Below, piece by piece: positions 63,319 to 64,000 of a DNA stretch of 64,000 bases. The position numbers and the translations under genes were made by a program. This DNA is from Lingula anatina (taxonomy: Eukaryota > Animalia > Brachiopoda): contig CM120640.1 in assembly GCA_051362555.1 (NCBI GenBank), positions 55,096,788 to 55,160,787 of the forward strand, read 5' to 3'. Position 1 is the stretch's first letter. Every line of letters starts with the position of its first letter. A model generated the notes under the pieces. The model searched no databases, was not told where the DNA came from, and was given only the letters and a program-made list of their open reading frames with translations.

Positions 63319-63468
63319 GCATTACCTCAGAAACGTCGCCACCAGAAAAAGTAGTATCTTTTATGGCAGACATAAGGCTACTTCAAGAATTGGTTGTCAA
63401 ATTCAAGGCCATGCAGATTGATCCAACAGAATATGCCTGTCTGAAAGGGATAGTTCTTTTTAAAACAG
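63319..63468 (+). CDS. NR2E1: tailless/NR2E1 exon 7 (LBD); gene continues beyond the window
   Basis: ...LQELVVKFKAMQIDPTEYACLKGIVLFKT|gtaagt. Phase 1-1. The remaining LBD exons are absent from the window. Confidence 0.94.
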
Positions 63469-64000
63469 GTAAGTTGTTAACAAATACTTTAAAATAGGTC
63501 ACTTCTGTCAAGGTAGCATTAAAAATATTGAAAATCTCTGATATATTCTTGCTTGACGCGGTTTTGAATGTACAAAAAGGCGAGTAGGGTGTCTTCATTA
63601 TGCATATGCTGTAAAAATATGAACGCGACAAAAATAAAAATAGACTAAAACATTAATTTCTTTAGACTTTATGAACGTCGAAAATGCTTATAACCACCAT
63701 CACGACGTTTTTTTAAAAATTATTTTTATTCACATTTTAATTTGTTCTCACTCACCCATTTAAATGTGATTGAGCAGAGAGAAAAAAAGGGCAATATTCC
63801 TTTTATAAGATTGTTGTTATACATAACCTGACAAGACAGCTTGCCAATTTGATATTTAAGGAGTCTTTTTAACAGAAAGATAGTATGTAAATAAATAATC
63901 GTCCGGTCATTGTTAATGTCATGTCAACATAAGCTGTGCACCGAATGACCCCTCTGCAGGCATACTTTGAAATAAATCAGTGAAATATGCTTACAGGTCT

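Noticed and set aside
19149-63468. PX gene next to NR2E1 as conserved synteny with vertebrate SNX3-NR2E1
   Set aside because: This PX is p47phox/Tks-type with SH3 and SH2 domains, not the PX-only SNX3, so the similarity is probably coincidental.

Overview
Eukaryotic, intron-rich, AT-rich animal DNA (bilaterian invertebrate; a lophotrochozoan is plausible but unproven). I reconstructed three + strand spliced genes by hand from GT-AG boundaries with consistent phases. (1) SINHCAF/FAM60A, a Sin3-HDAC subunit: 4 coding exons, 2760-7752, about 303 aa, with a C-terminal extension carrying a PLDLT CtBP-type motif. (2) A gene of 20 coding exons (19149-38996, about 880 aa), mostly invisible in the ORF track, with the architecture PX-SH3-SH3-[p47phox-like PPPRRTSS]-[Tyr-motif docking linker]-SH3-SH3-SH2 (Nck-like). 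This looks like a p47phox/Tks NADPH-oxidase-organizer/podosome adaptor with a built-in phosphotyrosine reader and is the main candidate for an undescribed system. (3) tailless/NR2E1, 53141 to beyond the window end, with a 19-nt micro-exon splitting the P-box and a large CpG-retaining regulatory domain rich in AAAGTCA sites. Also present are a young 5'-truncated L1/Tx1-clade LINE in the first coding intron of gene 2 (with TSD and poly-A), several Harbinger/Tourist-like MITEs and microsatellites. Most short ORFs in the supplied track are spurious. All gene models are manual and need RNA-seq or homology confirmation.
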